This document shows positions 1 to 13,460 of a stretch of 64,000 nucleotides of DNA, piece after piece. Every line of letters starts with the position of its first letter. Position 1 is the first letter of the stretch. The position numbers and the translations under genes are program-made. Location: contig NC_042999.1 in the NCBI RefSeq assembly GCF_006345805.1, forward strand, positions 103,478,001 to 103,542,000, written 5' to 3'. The notes under the pieces are model-generated. The model did no database searches. It saw only the letters and a program-made list of their open reading frames with translations, and was not told where the DNA came from. Source of the DNA: Octopus sinensis. Taxonomy: Eukaryota.

Positions 1-357
1 GATGTTTGCAAAAGGGACATGAAGGCCTGCAACATCAATATTAGCGGTTGGGAGGCAGTTGCCGGCAACCGTGGAGACTGGCGACGTACCGTAAAAGAAG
101 GAATACAAAGGAGTGACAGAGAGAGAGAGGAGAAATGGAAAGACAAGAAAAGATGTCAACAAGAAACTATGGCATTACAACCAGCCAGGAACAGTCTTCG
201 CTACATTTGCGGTACCTGCCAGAGGGAGTGTTTGTCCAGGATAGGACTACACAGCCACAGCAGGAAATGTATCAGGACATGAAATGTAAAAGCCGGACCA
301 GACTACTTTATGCGCAACTCCATTGTCTCCCGAGACAAAAAGGATGCCAACAACAAT
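1..357 (+). mobile_element. 3' end of an RTE-clade LINE (C-terminal ORF fragment plus short 3' UTR)
   Basis: ORF 19..282 (…DVCKRDMKACNI…W…A.NR..WR..VK.G…YICGTCQRECLSRIGLHSHSRKC) has the RTE-type C-terminus with a CxxC…HxxxC zinc finger. The short 3' UTR ends in (CAA)n and runs into a (TAGG)/(TAGA) microsatellite. Confidence 0.8.
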
Positions 358-381
358 AGGTAGGTAGGTAGGTAGGTAGAT

Positions 382-452
<71 letters not shown>
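357..452. repeat. (TAGG)n(TAGA)n tetranucleotide microsatellite
   Basis: Directly visible. Confidence 0.97.
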
Positions 453-873
453 CAACACACACATTTGTTTTAGTCACTACACCTTTGCTCCCAATATCTT
501 TCATGCCAGGTGGCAATAATCAAACGGAAGTATCTCTTAGAAAGAATTCCGACTCAGACGGAAGTTAAAACACTAATGAGATGTCATGTTGCGGACTTTC
601 TGCTGGCTGCGTCAGGTGTTGCTACTTGCAGGTTTCCAGAGCGGTGGCTATGTACTTTAAGTATCTAAATCCAAAGGGAATATTCTATAGTAACTGTGTG
701 AAGAATATTTATTTGACGATGGTTCTTAATAATTAATCCCTTATTTTTTCATAGTTATCTGCCACCTTAGTTAATATGTTGTCGCATAAAGCCCTGGAGC
801 GACGATTGACTTTCTTGTATTACGGAAATGTTTCATGATTGTAATTCTCTGTTGTTGGTATGTGAACCATTTA

Positions 874-1105
874 AGGCGGCGAGCTGGCAGAAACATTAGC
901 ACGCCGGGCGAAATGCTTAGCGGTATTTTGTCTGCCGTTACGTTCTGAGTTCAAATTCCGCCGTGGTCGACTTTGCCTTTCATCCTTTCGGGGTCGATTA
1001 AATAAGTACCAGTTACGCACTGGGATCGATATAATCGACTTAATCCGTTTGTCTGTCCTTGTTTGTTCTCTCTGTGTTTAGCCACTTGTGGGTAGTAAAG
1101 AAATA
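874..1105 (+). mobile_element. tRNA-type SINE family A, full length, long-tail variant, with TSD
   Basis: Head GGCGGCGAGCTGGCAGAA (A-box-like) and GAGTTCAAATTCC (B-box-like). Central GACTTTGCCTTTCATCCTTTCGGGGTCGATTAAATAAGTACCAG resembles the Meta-SINE domain. Flanked by a 17-bp imperfect direct repeat GGTATGTGAACCATTTA (857-873) / GGTATCTGAGCCATTTA (1106-1122). Confidence 0.9.
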
Positions 1106-1129
1106 GGTATCTGAGCCATTTATTAACCC

Positions 1130-2300
1130 GAACTAAAATTCTTAGAATTTACTTGCGAAAAATGCTATCAAATGTATTTTTATAATCAGTCCATGAGAAA
1201 CTTAGATCCATAGTGTCCCTTTAAAGTTTTGCTGATTTATAAACAGTCATATATGCAAGTGCTGTATTCCATGTGTTCTTCTGAAAGCTTCCTGTTGATC
1301 ATCGATCATCCACGCTACTGCACTTAGAAATTTGTATACTTTAAGAAGGCGGGTTATGTTTTATTTTCGCTGTTACTCTTGATTTGTCAGTATTATTGAA
1401 TATTTACAAACAGCATAAGTTGATCTGTTAAATATTTTCACCAGAAGTTTAACACTTTGTTACTTTCTGATGGTTACTGATTATTCATTTTGTGTAGTCT
1501 CAGAGCTTTATATGTTAATGTTGTTATTTTATCCCACCATTGTTCATGTGATACGCTTTATGTTGTCTTAAACATACTCGTCCGTGATGATCACATTGCT
1601 GTTCATATTCTTCAACCTCTCCAAATATTTACTTCTTTTGCTAGTGTCACTGCTTTGAGTTCCTTTTGTTTAAGCTTAGTTCTTAGTGAAATCGTTTGGG
1701 GTGGAAATCCAACTATTTGTTTTATTCACAAAATCGTTGTTGCCTTTCATGGAATTTTTTAGATGTTCTCTATGTTCGGTTATTTCTTATATTGTTATAT
1801 TGTATTTGTCTAGCTTTTTTCCTCTTTTGTAGCTCTTCGTTGCTGCTTTCATTAAGAATTAAGAGGTCCTTTATATTATTTTCTATGGTTTTCTTTCTCT
1901 TTATTTCCCACGTTGTTTGCTTGGGTTTAGATGTTCCTCTGTGAGTACTTTTCAGGAAGTATTCACTTTGTTTTGTGAATACTGTGTCTGCTGGTTATAT
2001 TACTTGTTTATTTGATTTGTTGTATTCATATTAAGCTTCGTATCTGTCTTTACTGAGTCTACAATGGCCAACTTAAAATATTTTTTAATTGTTGTTGCTA
2101 TTTCATCATTGTTCTATCTTGGGAGGTGTCTTTTGCTGGTCTATCGGAAGCTCTATCGATTTTAGCTGTATAACTAATTTCTTCTTTAGATTATTATCAT
2201 ATTTGAAATTTCCATCTTTAGATTTTCAACCTATTTTAAATATTTTTTTCTCATATTCACTTGTGCTCATATTTGTGCATAGTTCTTGTCCATCTTTTGT
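1130..2300 (-). pseudogene. Old, heavily decayed R4/Dong-type reverse transcriptase relic
   Basis: Minus-strand translation near 1150-1210 gives DLSFSWTDYKNTFDSI, matching NLSIAWIDYKKAFDSL of the R4 element at 35354-36547. Fragments such as DKITTLTYKAL and FHPKRFH lie further upstream. Many stops; boundaries are approximate. Confidence 0.5.
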
Positions 2301-2489
2301 TGCTTAGCATCCTTTAAGGATGTTAGAATTTGATTTTGTTATGATTCATTATTTTTGTTTTTTATTTTTTAGTTTATATTGTAAAAATAATTACTTCCAG
2401 TTGTAATCTTTAACACCTGAAGAAAAAATTATCAGCATGAATGGTCAATATAAACTATGCAGCGTCGAAATTTTTAACAATAATAGTTT

Positions 2490-2536
2490 CGTTATTATTA
2501 TTACTATTATTATTATTGTTATTATTATTATCATCA

Positions 2537-2594
<58 letters not shown>

Positions 2595-2690
2595 CATCAT
2601 CATCATCATCATCATCATAATTATTGTTTTTGTTGTTGTTCTTGTTTTTCTTGTTGTTGTTGTTGCTGCTACTGTTGCTGATGTTGTTCC
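2490..2690. repeat. Compound (ATT)n/(ATC)n/(GTT)n microsatellite
   Basis: Directly visible; explains the poly-I and poly-N ORFs. Confidence 0.95.
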
Positions 2691-2699
2691 TAAGTATTA

Positions 2700-2826
2700 T
2701 TTTCATCACGTATTTTCCCTGCACTACTGAGCGCAGCCCTGTGTGGTCTGGGTTTGTTGTGCTATTTTTATTTTCACTGTATTGAAAGTGCTGTACTAGG
2801 ATGTACGCGGTGCCAAGTAGTGCTCA
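2700..2826 (-). mobile_element. Degenerate 3' terminal fragment of an R4/Dong-type LINE (same family as 51824-52234)
   Basis: CACTACTGAGCGCAGCCCTGTGTG…GAAAGTG…TAGGATGT…GTGCCAAGTAGTGC aligns with the 51824/52075 copies. Minus strand encodes ALLGTA.IL. Confidence 0.65.
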
Positions 2827-2840
2827 TTATTATTATTATT

Positions 2841-3393
2841 GAGTGAGAGAGCAGTGCATGCCATCAAAATGACATTGGGGTAAAATATACGAAGCCCAAT
2901 ATACCCATCATGACTACCCGTCTGATAAGGGTACACCAGGCACATGCATCACAACCATGTGTGCGCGACATGGTGATCTCATATCAAAATAAACAGCACA
3001 TGACCTTGCAGGTGGGGCCCAGTTAGAATTTTCTTCAGGTCGAGTAACCCATCCCACTCGAAAGGTCCCTGAATAAGGGTTGTTTAAGGATGTTGAACGA
3101 AACACCCATGTTTCCAGAGGTGAATTATTCAAACCCCAAAGAATCCCTCTCAACACATGGCTATGATGCTCCCCCACTACTTCTGCTCGTGATCAGAGAT
3201 GCACATATCGTCAGCCACTAAGGGACATGCTCAACTGGTTAAGGTCAAACAACTGACAAGCAAATCTGTGGTATTGAGCAGAATATTTGCTGTAGCCCAT
3301 CTTTTATACCAAGACAAAACAATGTACATGATAACACTTTCAATCAGTTAAGATCAGAAGCCATGAGAGCCACTGCCTGGTACTGCATCAGGG

Positions 3394-3394
<1 letters not shown>
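2841..3394 (-). mobile_element. ~555-bp non-coding interspersed element in (TAA)n, copy 1 (longest)
   Basis: Highly similar to 33115-33658 and 51497-51777. (ATT)n on both flanks. No credible ORF. Confidence 0.85.
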
Positions 3395-3447
<53 letters not shown>

Positions 3448-3471
3448 TACTACTATTGTTGTTGTTATACA

Positions 3472-3645
3472 AGCGGTGAGCTGGCAGAATCGTTAGCACG
3501 CCACAATAAATGCTTATCGGTATTTCCTTCGTTCTTACGTTCTGAGTTCAAATTCCGCTGAGGTCAACTTTGCCATTCATCCTTTGTGGGGTCAATAAAA
3601 TCAGCTACTTACTGTGTACTGGGTTCAATGTTATCAACTAACGCT
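3472..3645 (+). mobile_element. SINE family A, diverged copy
   Basis: GCGGTGAGCTGGCAGAATCGTTAGCACGCC…GAGTTCAAATTCCGCTGAGGTCAACTTTGCCATTCATCC. Confidence 0.85.
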
Positions 3646-4205
3646 TCCTTAAAAACAGAACCGGTATAATTTTTGCTTGAGAGGAAACTAACTCATCAAC
3701 CTCGAGTTTCAATGAATCTTTTTGCATGATCCTTGCTATTCCAATTAAATACCATTCTACAGATACTCCATGCTACTTTTGAATTTCAACCTATCTCACC
3801 AGGATTTCAGTTACCTTTCTGTTTGTCTAATGTCTTACTGTAGCACCTTCGCTTTTGGGGATTGTCTCATTCTGCGACAACTGTCTTGAAACCTTTTCAA
3901 TTGGTATTGGACAGGTGTTATAGTCTGTTCTTCTGGCTATTTTTCTTTGTGTTACCATTTTTCCACCTCACCACAAATTCCAAATATTTTCGTAATAGGT
4001 CTAGCTTACGCCCCCCCCCCCTCGTCTGTCGCCTCCACAATGGATCTTTGTCCCTTTTTTTCGTGCTTACTATGCAAGGGGAAGGTTCTGCAAATACGAT
4101 AACAAGGAAGAGGAAAGTAATTTGACATAAGCCTTCATTTAACAAGAATGTAATCCCTAACACGGAAAATTTCTATCTCTAGTAACACATTTTGCACATA
4201 TAATA

Positions 4206-4279
<74 letters not shown>

Positions 4280-4289
4280 CAGGCTTAAG

Positions 4290-4505
4290 TCTGAGCAAGA
4301 TTGTTTATGAAAGACCAGCAGTCACCCATGAATACTAACCTCTCCTTTCTTCTCCACGCCACTGATGTTATCGAATAGAAACGCATCATTTCTACAAATA
4401 AATGGACTGGAGCAACGTGAAATAAAGTGTCTTGCTCAAGAGTACAACGAACTCACTACATCATGATTGTGAGTCCGACGCTCTAACCATTGAGCCATTC
4501 GCTGT
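4290..4505 (-). mobile_element. SINE family C (V-domain-like), diverged
   Basis: Reverse complement contains TGGCTCAATGGTTAGAGCG (A box) and CTTGAGCAAGACACTTTATTTCACGTTGCTCCAGTCCA, shared with 47836 and 55138. Confidence 0.7.
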
Positions 4506-4531
4506 CACTCACACAACCGCACGCACGCACG

Positions 4532-4564
<33 letters not shown>

Positions 4565-6450
4565 ACACACATGTTCAAGCACAACAAATAAGTACCCAGT
4601 AATCATTTACCTGACAGAGTGCCGAATATAGTTTTGTTTTTGTCTCTAACTAGAACAGTGATCTGCTAGAAATAGTAGACTAATTACACTCTCGCTTTTG
4701 CCAAAAAGGGAGAGCACATTAGATAATGTTCTTTATGATACATTATGTCTAAGAAAAAGGGTCGGATGATTACGGGCGAAGTGTTAAAGATCATATGCCT
4801 TTTGTTGACCAAAAATCTGTACCGAGCGTTAGGAGTCTAACTAGCATCAACTATCTTTATTTTAATTCCTGACCCGCCTTATCTAATGCCATTCGACCGA
4901 TTCGTTTGTCTTTCAATACACCTCTTTATTTTTCAAATAATGCCTGATCGAGCGTCCGTGTGTGACTAAAATTTTAGGAAACTCTGAGGAACAAATGAGT
5001 GATTCACAAACTGAGTCGTAATTTCTGCCCAATCAAAACTAACCTGGAGCCAAATAAAATTTAGACAGCTATGTCTCTTAATATTCCCTTCCTGATATTT
5101 TACAAAAGTATTTCCTGCAATTTCAGTTTCACTTATTCCTCTCCTCTGATTAATAATCTGTAACAATTCTAGCAACAACTGCCCCCTAACGCGGTCGTTG
5201 CTTGGTCTGCAAAGCGCAATTAAATTTCCTTTACCGTTATATACAGAAGAATAATTTAGAAAATATAGTCCCTAGTAAAAAATAATTTTAGATAGTAGTG
5301 GCTGGAACGTATTTGGCTTAACAGAACTGTGTTATCAGGGCTATTCGGGGCTAAACAATATCTGCACTAAACTGAAACTTCATCCAGTTATCTCTGTCTA
5401 TGAACCAGTTAGATATGATTACCGTGTTTCTTCGTCGAAGTAATGAAAAATATAAAGAGTGAAGAAAAAAAGAAGAAAATAGATTATCAGTCAGCGTTTA
5501 ATCTCAGATTATTTTGGCCTATTTTCATATTTCCTACTACTGTTCACTTGAAAACTTGACACCTTTCAAATTAATATTTTGGTAATTAGCCAACCAATGA
5601 TATTGGTTAGAACATAGGAGGGACATTAAAGTCTCTAAGAACTGACATCCAGTAATCATCACAATTTATTGCTTATTAAACGAATAAAATCTTATTAATT
5701 CAATGGATGAGAAACTAGTAATAATATCTTTTTTTAAAGTTACGCCTCTCCAAACTGGCTTATTTCCGAGCGATGATAATTAACATGTTTAATAAATGTG
5801 GGTAACAAACTTAAGAAAGGAGCTAACAATAAAATGTTCATAACTTGTATCTAAGTTTCCGGATGGTATGCTATCTACCAGGCTCATTGAAATAGCAAAT
5901 ACTCCAAATATATGCTTATTCAATGAGCCTGGTAGTTTAGTTGACTGTACAGCCAAGATTGTTATATGCGATTAGCAGAAGCCGACTTCTGTCCCAGATC
6001 AGAAAAGAAATAGCATAAAGAGGAGCGAAGTACTACTAAGTATGACCACGTTCCCGCGCACACACACACCATCCTTCAGTCAGGCTAGAAAAGACTGGAC
6101 TTTTAAATTACAAGTACAACCAATCTGACAAGCTTCCGTACATTTTCTTTCTAACCAAATTTAGTTTAAAATTCATGGGCTGTTTTAAAAGAAACTTTTA
6201 TATACAAGACACCAGAGATGCGAAGAGTCAGATCGAACCCGAAACCTGACGATAAAGAAGCAAACTTTTTACACATTCAGTTATACTGGGTCTATACCCG
6301 TGTCCTAAACCTATTACAGAAGACGCTGGGCACCATTTTAGTTTTATTTTATTTTTTACTTCCAGGTAGATTGCTTGTTTGTGGTTTCTGTCTTCCTACT
6401 GAAATTATCTGGGGTTTTAGTCATCCGCATCTTTATACAGAAATATATTA

Positions 6451-6685
6451 CCTATTTCTTTACTGCCTACAAGGGGCTAAACATAGAGAGGACAAACAAG
6501 GACAGACAAACGGATTAAGTCGATTATATCGACCCCAGTGTGTAACTGGTACTTATTTAATCAACCCCGAAGGGATGAAAGGCAAAGTCGACCTCGGCGG
6601 AATTTGAACTCAGAACGTAGCGGCAGACGAAATACTTCTTAGCATTTCGCCCGGCGTGCTAACGTTTCTGCCAGCTCACCGCCTT
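6451..6685 (-). mobile_element. SINE family A, full length, long-tail variant, with perfect 20-bp TSD
   Basis: Reverse complement of the 874-1105 element. CTTTATACAGAAATATATTA occurs at 6431-6450 and 6686-6705. Confidence 0.93.
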
Positions 6686-6920
6686 CTTTATACAGAAATA
6701 TATTAACATCACCAGAACATACTCCACACGAATCTAGTTTATTTCATTCAAGTGACTTTCAGTGAAGCATGAACATGTTAATGATTATTTTTTTTATTAT
6801 GTAAAGTGTGCTTGTTACAATGAAACTGATTATATATATTCATTGGTCATTAGCATTGCCTGACGAAAGAAAAGAAATGACGCGGACAGTGTAGACTGCC
6901 GGATTTATAGAACAGAAGAC

Positions 6921-7007
6921 TGCATATATTAATTCTAAATATTGCATACATTAATTCTAAGTTTTGCATATATTTATTCTAAATATTGCACGCACTAATT
7001 CTAAATA
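6921..7007. repeat. 22-bp minisatellite, ~4 copies (TGCATATATTAATTCTAAATAT)
   Basis: Directly visible imperfect tandem. Confidence 0.8.
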
Positions 7008-7154
7008 GTTTTGAGTGATAAAAGCATGCTGTGACCATTTCACCTTTACAAATATATCTTTGGCCTCAGAAATATAGAAGTGGATTAATTTAAACAATTA
7101 TAAACTTCTCTCACAAAACTTGGTCTTCTATCGAATTATGAGTGGAGTAAAAAT

Positions 7155-7820
7155 CCTTTCTACTGCAGGTAAAAGGCTTGAAACTTCTGGAGAGGGCACT
7201 AGTCGGTTTCATTGACCCCAGTGCTCAATCGGTACTTATTTTATCCACCTTGAAAGGATAAAGGGAAAATTCAACCTTGGCGGCATTTGAACTCAGAACA
7301 TAAAGACAGAGATGTAGCTAAGATTTTTTATAATGTATTTTTTTTTATCTGACATGCTCGCAATGCTGCCAGCTGACTACTTTTATGTGGGTAGGGTAAT
7401 AATAGCCATAAAAACGAGTTAAAGAAAGAGCGAAATGATGCATTATTTTGTGAAATGTAATTACATCACATTACGTTTTAAGTTCAAATGCTATCGAGGT
7501 TAATTTTGTCTTTCAAATGGTACTTACTTTATCGACTGCGAAAGGATGTAAAGTAACGTCGACCTCGTCGGAATTTGAACTCAGAACGTAAAGCTGGAAG
7601 AAATGCCGCTAAGAATTTTGTCCGGAGTGGTAGCGATTCTGTCATCTCACCGCCCTACATGATTCTATTTAATTAGGAAAAAAATTATTATTATAGATGC
7701 CGAATTTAGGGAGTTGTAAGATTCGCTCGCGAGTTGGACAAAAATACATTGCCTTTCATCCATACGGAGTCGATAAAAACAAAGTACCAGACAAGTACGG
7801 GTGTCTTGATTTACCCAATT
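7155..7820. mobile_element. Cluster of diverged SINE family A copies (7155-7378 -, 7519-7655 -, ~7740-7820 +)
   Basis: Repeated GAAAGGAT…GTCGACCTCG.CGGAATTTGAACTCAGAAC, and GCCTTTCATCC.T.CGGAGTCGATAAAA on the plus strand. Confidence 0.75.
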
Positions 7821-8068
7821 CTACTATGTTTAAGCCTTGTATCTATATTAAGCACAAATATGGTAGCTGCCATTTTGCCACAGCATATTTTTTACTTTTG
7901 CTTTTCTTTGTCTCTATTTTTAATTGCTTAGTCAGAAGAGGAAGAGCAACGCCGGTAGATCCTTTACAGTACCTGAGACTGATGAGGGGAAGGGAGACAT
8001 TTATCGTCATACTAGAGATCTAAATGATTGTATGCACAGTATGGGCTCCACTAAAGGCCCGACAAGAC

Positions 8069-8137
<69 letters not shown>

Positions 8138-8150
8138 CCTATCTATCTAT
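8069..8150. repeat. (TCTA)n microsatellite
   Basis: Directly visible. Confidence 0.97.
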
Positions 8151-9419
8151 CATATGAGAATCGGTAGAGAGTTTTAATCCAAATCTTGGCTGTATTTATT
8201 TATCTTTCTTTACATTATAGCTTTTATGAGTTCCATACCAGTCTCGTACTGCAATCAATGAATCATTGGCCTCCACCAATATGAAGAATATATATGGCAA
8301 CGAGCCATCATCATGTCTTTCTAATATAATAGTAACAATATTTCTTAACAGACTGTTTATACAAAGCAAATTAAATTGGAAAAGAACAGGAAAGCTAGAA
8401 TTATCCGGATAGATAACAAGAACTGGACGTATTTAAAAATATAGTAATTGTATAATGACTTTACAAGAAAGACCGATGTCGAGATTTACGGATTCCAAGT
8501 TACTGAGGGCGGATGATACCAAATGATAATATATCGCATGTGCTTTTCCTCACGGGACTACTGTCTTTAAATTACACAGTACAGAGAATATTCCTTCAGG
8601 AAAATCATTCGCAGTTTGATTGCTTCAAGAAAAATGATAAACACCAATATTAGTCGATTTAAATAAACCCTACTGTATTTGATTAACGCTTATTTTATTC
8701 TCCCAAGGGGAATGAAAGACAAAGTTAATTTCTTCGAGACTTCTCCTTAGACCATAAACCACAAGAAGTAAATACCGATGTTCTAATGATTCTGTCAACA
8801 TATCACGAGACTAATGCTATTTCCAGTTTTATCGAAACATTTCCTTTTTAACGCTGACTTCAATACTCTTAAAATTGCATTATCAATGTAATAAGTTTAC
8901 TTTAAAATCCCCATTTAATATTGTCGTCTTTAATACTCTTAGGTTATTTCTTGAACTGTAACATTCAAAGTTATACTTTTCCGTTTAACCTTTGTTTCTC
9001 ATCCAAGTATCTCTTCTTTTATCTTTCTCTGTATTTCTTTACATTTCACAGCAATCCACGTACATATAATACTTTCTTTATTACAGTTGTTCCCCCTCAC
9101 ACACTTTCAATTACTAATCTTATCTATCTACCTACCTGTCTACCTGTCTGTCTATCTATTTCTCTATTTATCTATAATACCAAATTTTATTTAATTTGCT
9201 TTGCGGGAAGGACTGTTTTAACGAAGTCGCGTCTTGTCCCTACATTCGAAATGCAGAGTAGATAAAACAGGGGACAACTGATGATGTGCATGTTCTTTAT
9301 GTTGTATGTCTCGCTTCTCTATTTGTTTCTTTCGTTGTTTGAAAAAAAGTTTGTTTTCTATGCTTTTGATTTTTATGTTCTCGTTTCTCATTTTGTACAC
9401 ATATTTTTAATGTCCTGTA

Positions 9420-9479
9420 CGCATGTATGCATGTATATATGTATATATATGTAGGCATGTACATGTATGTGCGTATATA

Positions 9480-9516
<37 letters not shown>

Positions 9517-9722
9517 GTGTGTGTGTTATTTATATCTATATATCTATCTATCGATCGATTTATCGAGCCAACATAGCCATCCACCCATTTGTCTGTATAT
9601 ATATATATATATACACACATACAGAGAGAGAAAGAAAGATCTATATGAGAGATATCTATATAAGTTTGCCTGTGTTCATCAGTCCAGCTATCCATCTGTC
9701 TGACTGTCTGATCGTCTTCCTC

Positions 9723-9763
<41 letters not shown>

Positions 9764-9770
9764 ACATATC
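9420..9770. repeat. Compound (TA)/(TG)/(CT) microsatellite field
   Basis: Directly visible. Confidence 0.9.
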
Positions 9771-10309
9771 TGCCTCTCTGTCTATCTTTTCATACGCGTG
9801 TATGCCAGTGTTATTCATATGCATTTGAATAAACATTTTTCGACCACGTTTAGTTTGAAGTATATAATCACATATGTGTTGGATGAGAGTTTGATAAGTT
9901 AAAATGTTCAGTTACGATATGTGTCTGCATGATTATTTTGAAAGAAAGTTAATGAACGAAAACAATTTCACAAAATACAAAAGCAACTATATGTGACAAT
10001 TGTCTATAAGCGCTGGGGACAATGTTATTTTTGTCGACCGAATTTATCGACTGGTTATGCCAGCTAGTTTTGAATGAAGGAAGTAGTTAAATAGCAGCTT
10101 ATATATAAATATTTATAATAAGATATACATGTATAACCTGAACTTGTAATTTCGATAGAGTAACTGCAGATTTCTCATGCATGCATGCATGCATGTATGT
10201 ATGTATGTATTTATGTATGTATGTATGTATGCATGTATGTATGCATGCATGTATGTATGTATGTACGTATGTGTGTATGTACGTGCAGATTTGTATGTTT
10301 TATGTATGT

Positions 10310-11230
10310 ATCCTCATGCATATAGTTGCATATCTTGACATACTAATATATATTGAAATGATAAACTTCTGGAAAGTTTTACAGATTTTTACAATTCCAG
10401 TGATGGATTGTATCTGTAGTCTTCGAATTAGTTTTCTCTTTTCTGGTTTTCAGAAGCCTAATTTCTCAAGATTGCTATTTAGGTAGTGTGTTACATATCT
10501 CAAGGCCCCAATAATTATAGGTATAAACATGAACTTGTAATCTGGATAGTGTAACTTCAGATTTCTCAATAGTTCAGCATAGGTGTTCTCTTTTTCACTG
10601 ATCTTCTGCTTTATGTTAGCATCCGCTGGGCAGCTAATTTCGACAAATGTGCACAGTTTCTCTTCCCTATCCCAACTCATTATAACAGGTCTGTTGTGCT
10701 TACATTTTATTGCGGTCTTCACTGGTACAAAACCCAGTATTCCTTTTCATTATGAGTGGCTATGGTTTGTACCATATTGTGGGTTCTTATTTCTTTGTCC
10801 TCGGGATTATCCTTCCGACGGATTTCATTATAGAGTGTCTTAGCTACAACGACATGTCTCATTGGTGATATCTTCAGTGTGAACTCCACAAAGTCTACAT
10901 CGGTTGTCACATTTTACGGCTTTTCCTGCATCTCTATCCCTTTTGTGCATCAGGTACTTCGTTGATATTTCCTGATCGTGGATTGCAAACGTTTTACCTT
11001 CAAAGTGGGAGGTAGTGATCCGACTATTGGTCCATGATAAACTGCTTTGATAATCGATGTTACTACCATTAGTGAGCTTTCTACTATCATATCCATGCAT
11101 TGTCTTCTGCTCATACAAACTCTTTCTTTTATCTTATGATACTTTGCATGTGTCTATGTATGTATCGGCACATGGCTTGGCAGGATTAAGCAGTTCACTC
11201 CTCAATAATCTCATTTCGAATTCAATAACA
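10310..11230 (-). mobile_element. 3' fragment of an RLE-bearing (R4-like) non-LTR retrotransposon, decayed
   Basis: ORFs 10840..11118 (FAIHDQEISTKYL…CRLCGVHTEDITN, CCHC region), 10719..10910 (RHVVVAKTLY, RHD-like) and 10450..10722 (HNRP.IM.WDREEKLCTFVEISCP…K…Y..L…IPIIIGAL, PD-(D/E)xK-type RLE). The 3' end abuts (CATA)n. Confidence 0.85.
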
Positions 11231-11394
11231 CACCAGTACTACGCATAACCATGATGACAAACGCACTTTGAGCGAATTTGATTGAAGGAAAATATGTGTA
11301 AGCCCGTCACATATGTATGTGTGTGCACGTGATGTGTGTGTGTGGGGGGGTGTATGTCTGTGTCTCTGTTTGTTGATAGATATACATGCCACCA

Positions 11395-11582
11395 TGATAG
11401 ATCGCTAACTACTACACATTCTTTATTTCTCTCCTTAGATCTTTCTGTCTTCTTTTCTGTGGAAGAGCGTAGGCTCGAAACGTTAAAGATTTTTTTTACT
11501 TCCCGAGCGTTATACAAATACATCTGTTTGTTGTCTACACCACCTGTCTTCGTCTTTTTTTTTTTTGCGAATTCTCCCTATA
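11395..11582 (+). mobile_element. ~190-bp repeat carrying a hammerhead-like motif (family H1), copy 1
   Basis: Shares GAAGAGCGTAGGCTCGAAACGT.AAAGA…CTTCCCGAGCGTT…CTGTCTTCGTC with 14767-14962 and 54095-54289. The 3' end runs into a TA-rich repeat. Confidence 0.8.
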
Positions 11583-11869
11583 TGTGTATGTATATATATA
11601 TATGTCAAATTCCTTTAGTGTACGAACAACATAGACAACTTGTTGGTCAGCAGAAAATACTTATATTTCAAAAGTTAGCAAACTAAATTGTAATGTTTCA
11701 CCTGAAGAAAAACAATTTGCGGAATTTTCTGAATACAAATGTACAAATGGTGTCGAGATTTGTACTTATCTCCAGGCGAAACATCTTTAAGATTTTAGTA
11801 AATTTTTATATAAAACTATACAAAACCACATACTTTCATGCATGTTTGCGCATGTACCGACACAAAAAC

Positions 11870-11918
11870 GCATATGCACACACACACACACACGCACACA
11901 CACACACACACATACATA

Positions 11919-11960
<42 letters not shown>

Positions 11961-13001
11961 CATGTATACATAAATATATACATATAATATTATATATATT
12001 GTATATATACATATATACATATATACATGTATACACATACACGCACGAACGCATACCTACTCGCACAAACACACACACATACATTACATATACATATATA
12101 GAAACGTATATGGAAGTGTTATGACTTGTATAATAAGCTATAGTTGCAATTTTTCATGCCTTTCTCACACGAGTGTGCGCGCACCCATGTACACATGCAG
12201 ATCTATCTGTATTTTCTGCCTTATGTGTCTATACCTTTCGATGCTTATGGTAAGTGCAACATTGGACAGTTGCAGCAGCTAAAGATTTAACCATATTCTC
12301 ACAATGCAATCAAAAACTGAAGAATACTAGGATTAGAAGAATCACGTAAAAGCGTCTTCAAAATAGTCGAGTATTTTTTAATATGCTCTTGATAATCCAT
12401 ACACATAACTTCGAGGTACTCTGGCTTATAAATCACTTTCTTTATGTCACTCTTCTCTTGCGGAGTGTATGTATCTATTTCTTTTTCTGTCCGTCTCTCT
12501 TCCTCTCTTTCACCATTCCTTCTGTTCTTTCTCCTCGCTTCTCTCTCTCTTTCTCTCTCTCTCTCTATCTCTCACATACACACACACACACACACATTTC
12601 TCTATTTAATTAACGTGTTTCAGTGGAACAAAATTCAAGCTATGCTTATCTATATTTTACTTTATTTTGCAAGCTATGCTTATCGGGTCTTTTTGCAGGT
12701 TTCTACTGTTTGTGCGTTAATATAGACGTCTTGTGCGCCTCACTGTGAGTGCATCTACATACGCATGAATGTGTATGTATTCACGCGTATGTAACCATAT
12801 GTATCTATATCTGTACGTGTACGTGTATATGTGTATGTAATTACGCATATGTATCTGAGAATATACATACATACATATATATATATATATATGTATATGT
12901 ATGCATATATATATATATATATACATACATACACACATATATATATTTATATATATATATATATACATACATACACACACACACACATATATATTTATAT
13001 T

Positions 13002-13047
<46 letters not shown>

Positions 13048-13111
13048 CACAGATATATATTTATATATATATATATATACATACATACACACACACATAT
13101 ATATTTATATT

Positions 13112-13158
<47 letters not shown>

Positions 13159-13333
13159 CATACACAGATATATATATTTATATATATAATATATACACAC
13201 ATACATACACACATATATATATTTATATATATATATATACACACATACACACACACATATATATTTATTTATATATATATATATACATGCACACACGCAC
13301 TCATATATATATATATACACACATATATATCTT

Positions 13334-13366
<33 letters not shown>

Positions 13367-13460
13367 AAAGATATAGACACACAGATGAATATATATTTAT
13401 TGATATAGTATGTATGTGTAAATGTATATGTATATATATGCATATATCCATGTATATGTG
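11870..13460. repeat. Large compound (CA)/(TA)/(CT) microsatellite fields (11870-12110, 12530-12600, 12750-13460)
   Basis: Directly visible; source of the YI/HT/CV-rich spurious ORFs. Confidence 0.9.

Noticed and set aside
874-1105. tRNA genes at SINE heads
   Set aside because: A/B-box-like motifs are present but there is no complete cloverleaf; they continue into SINE bodies.
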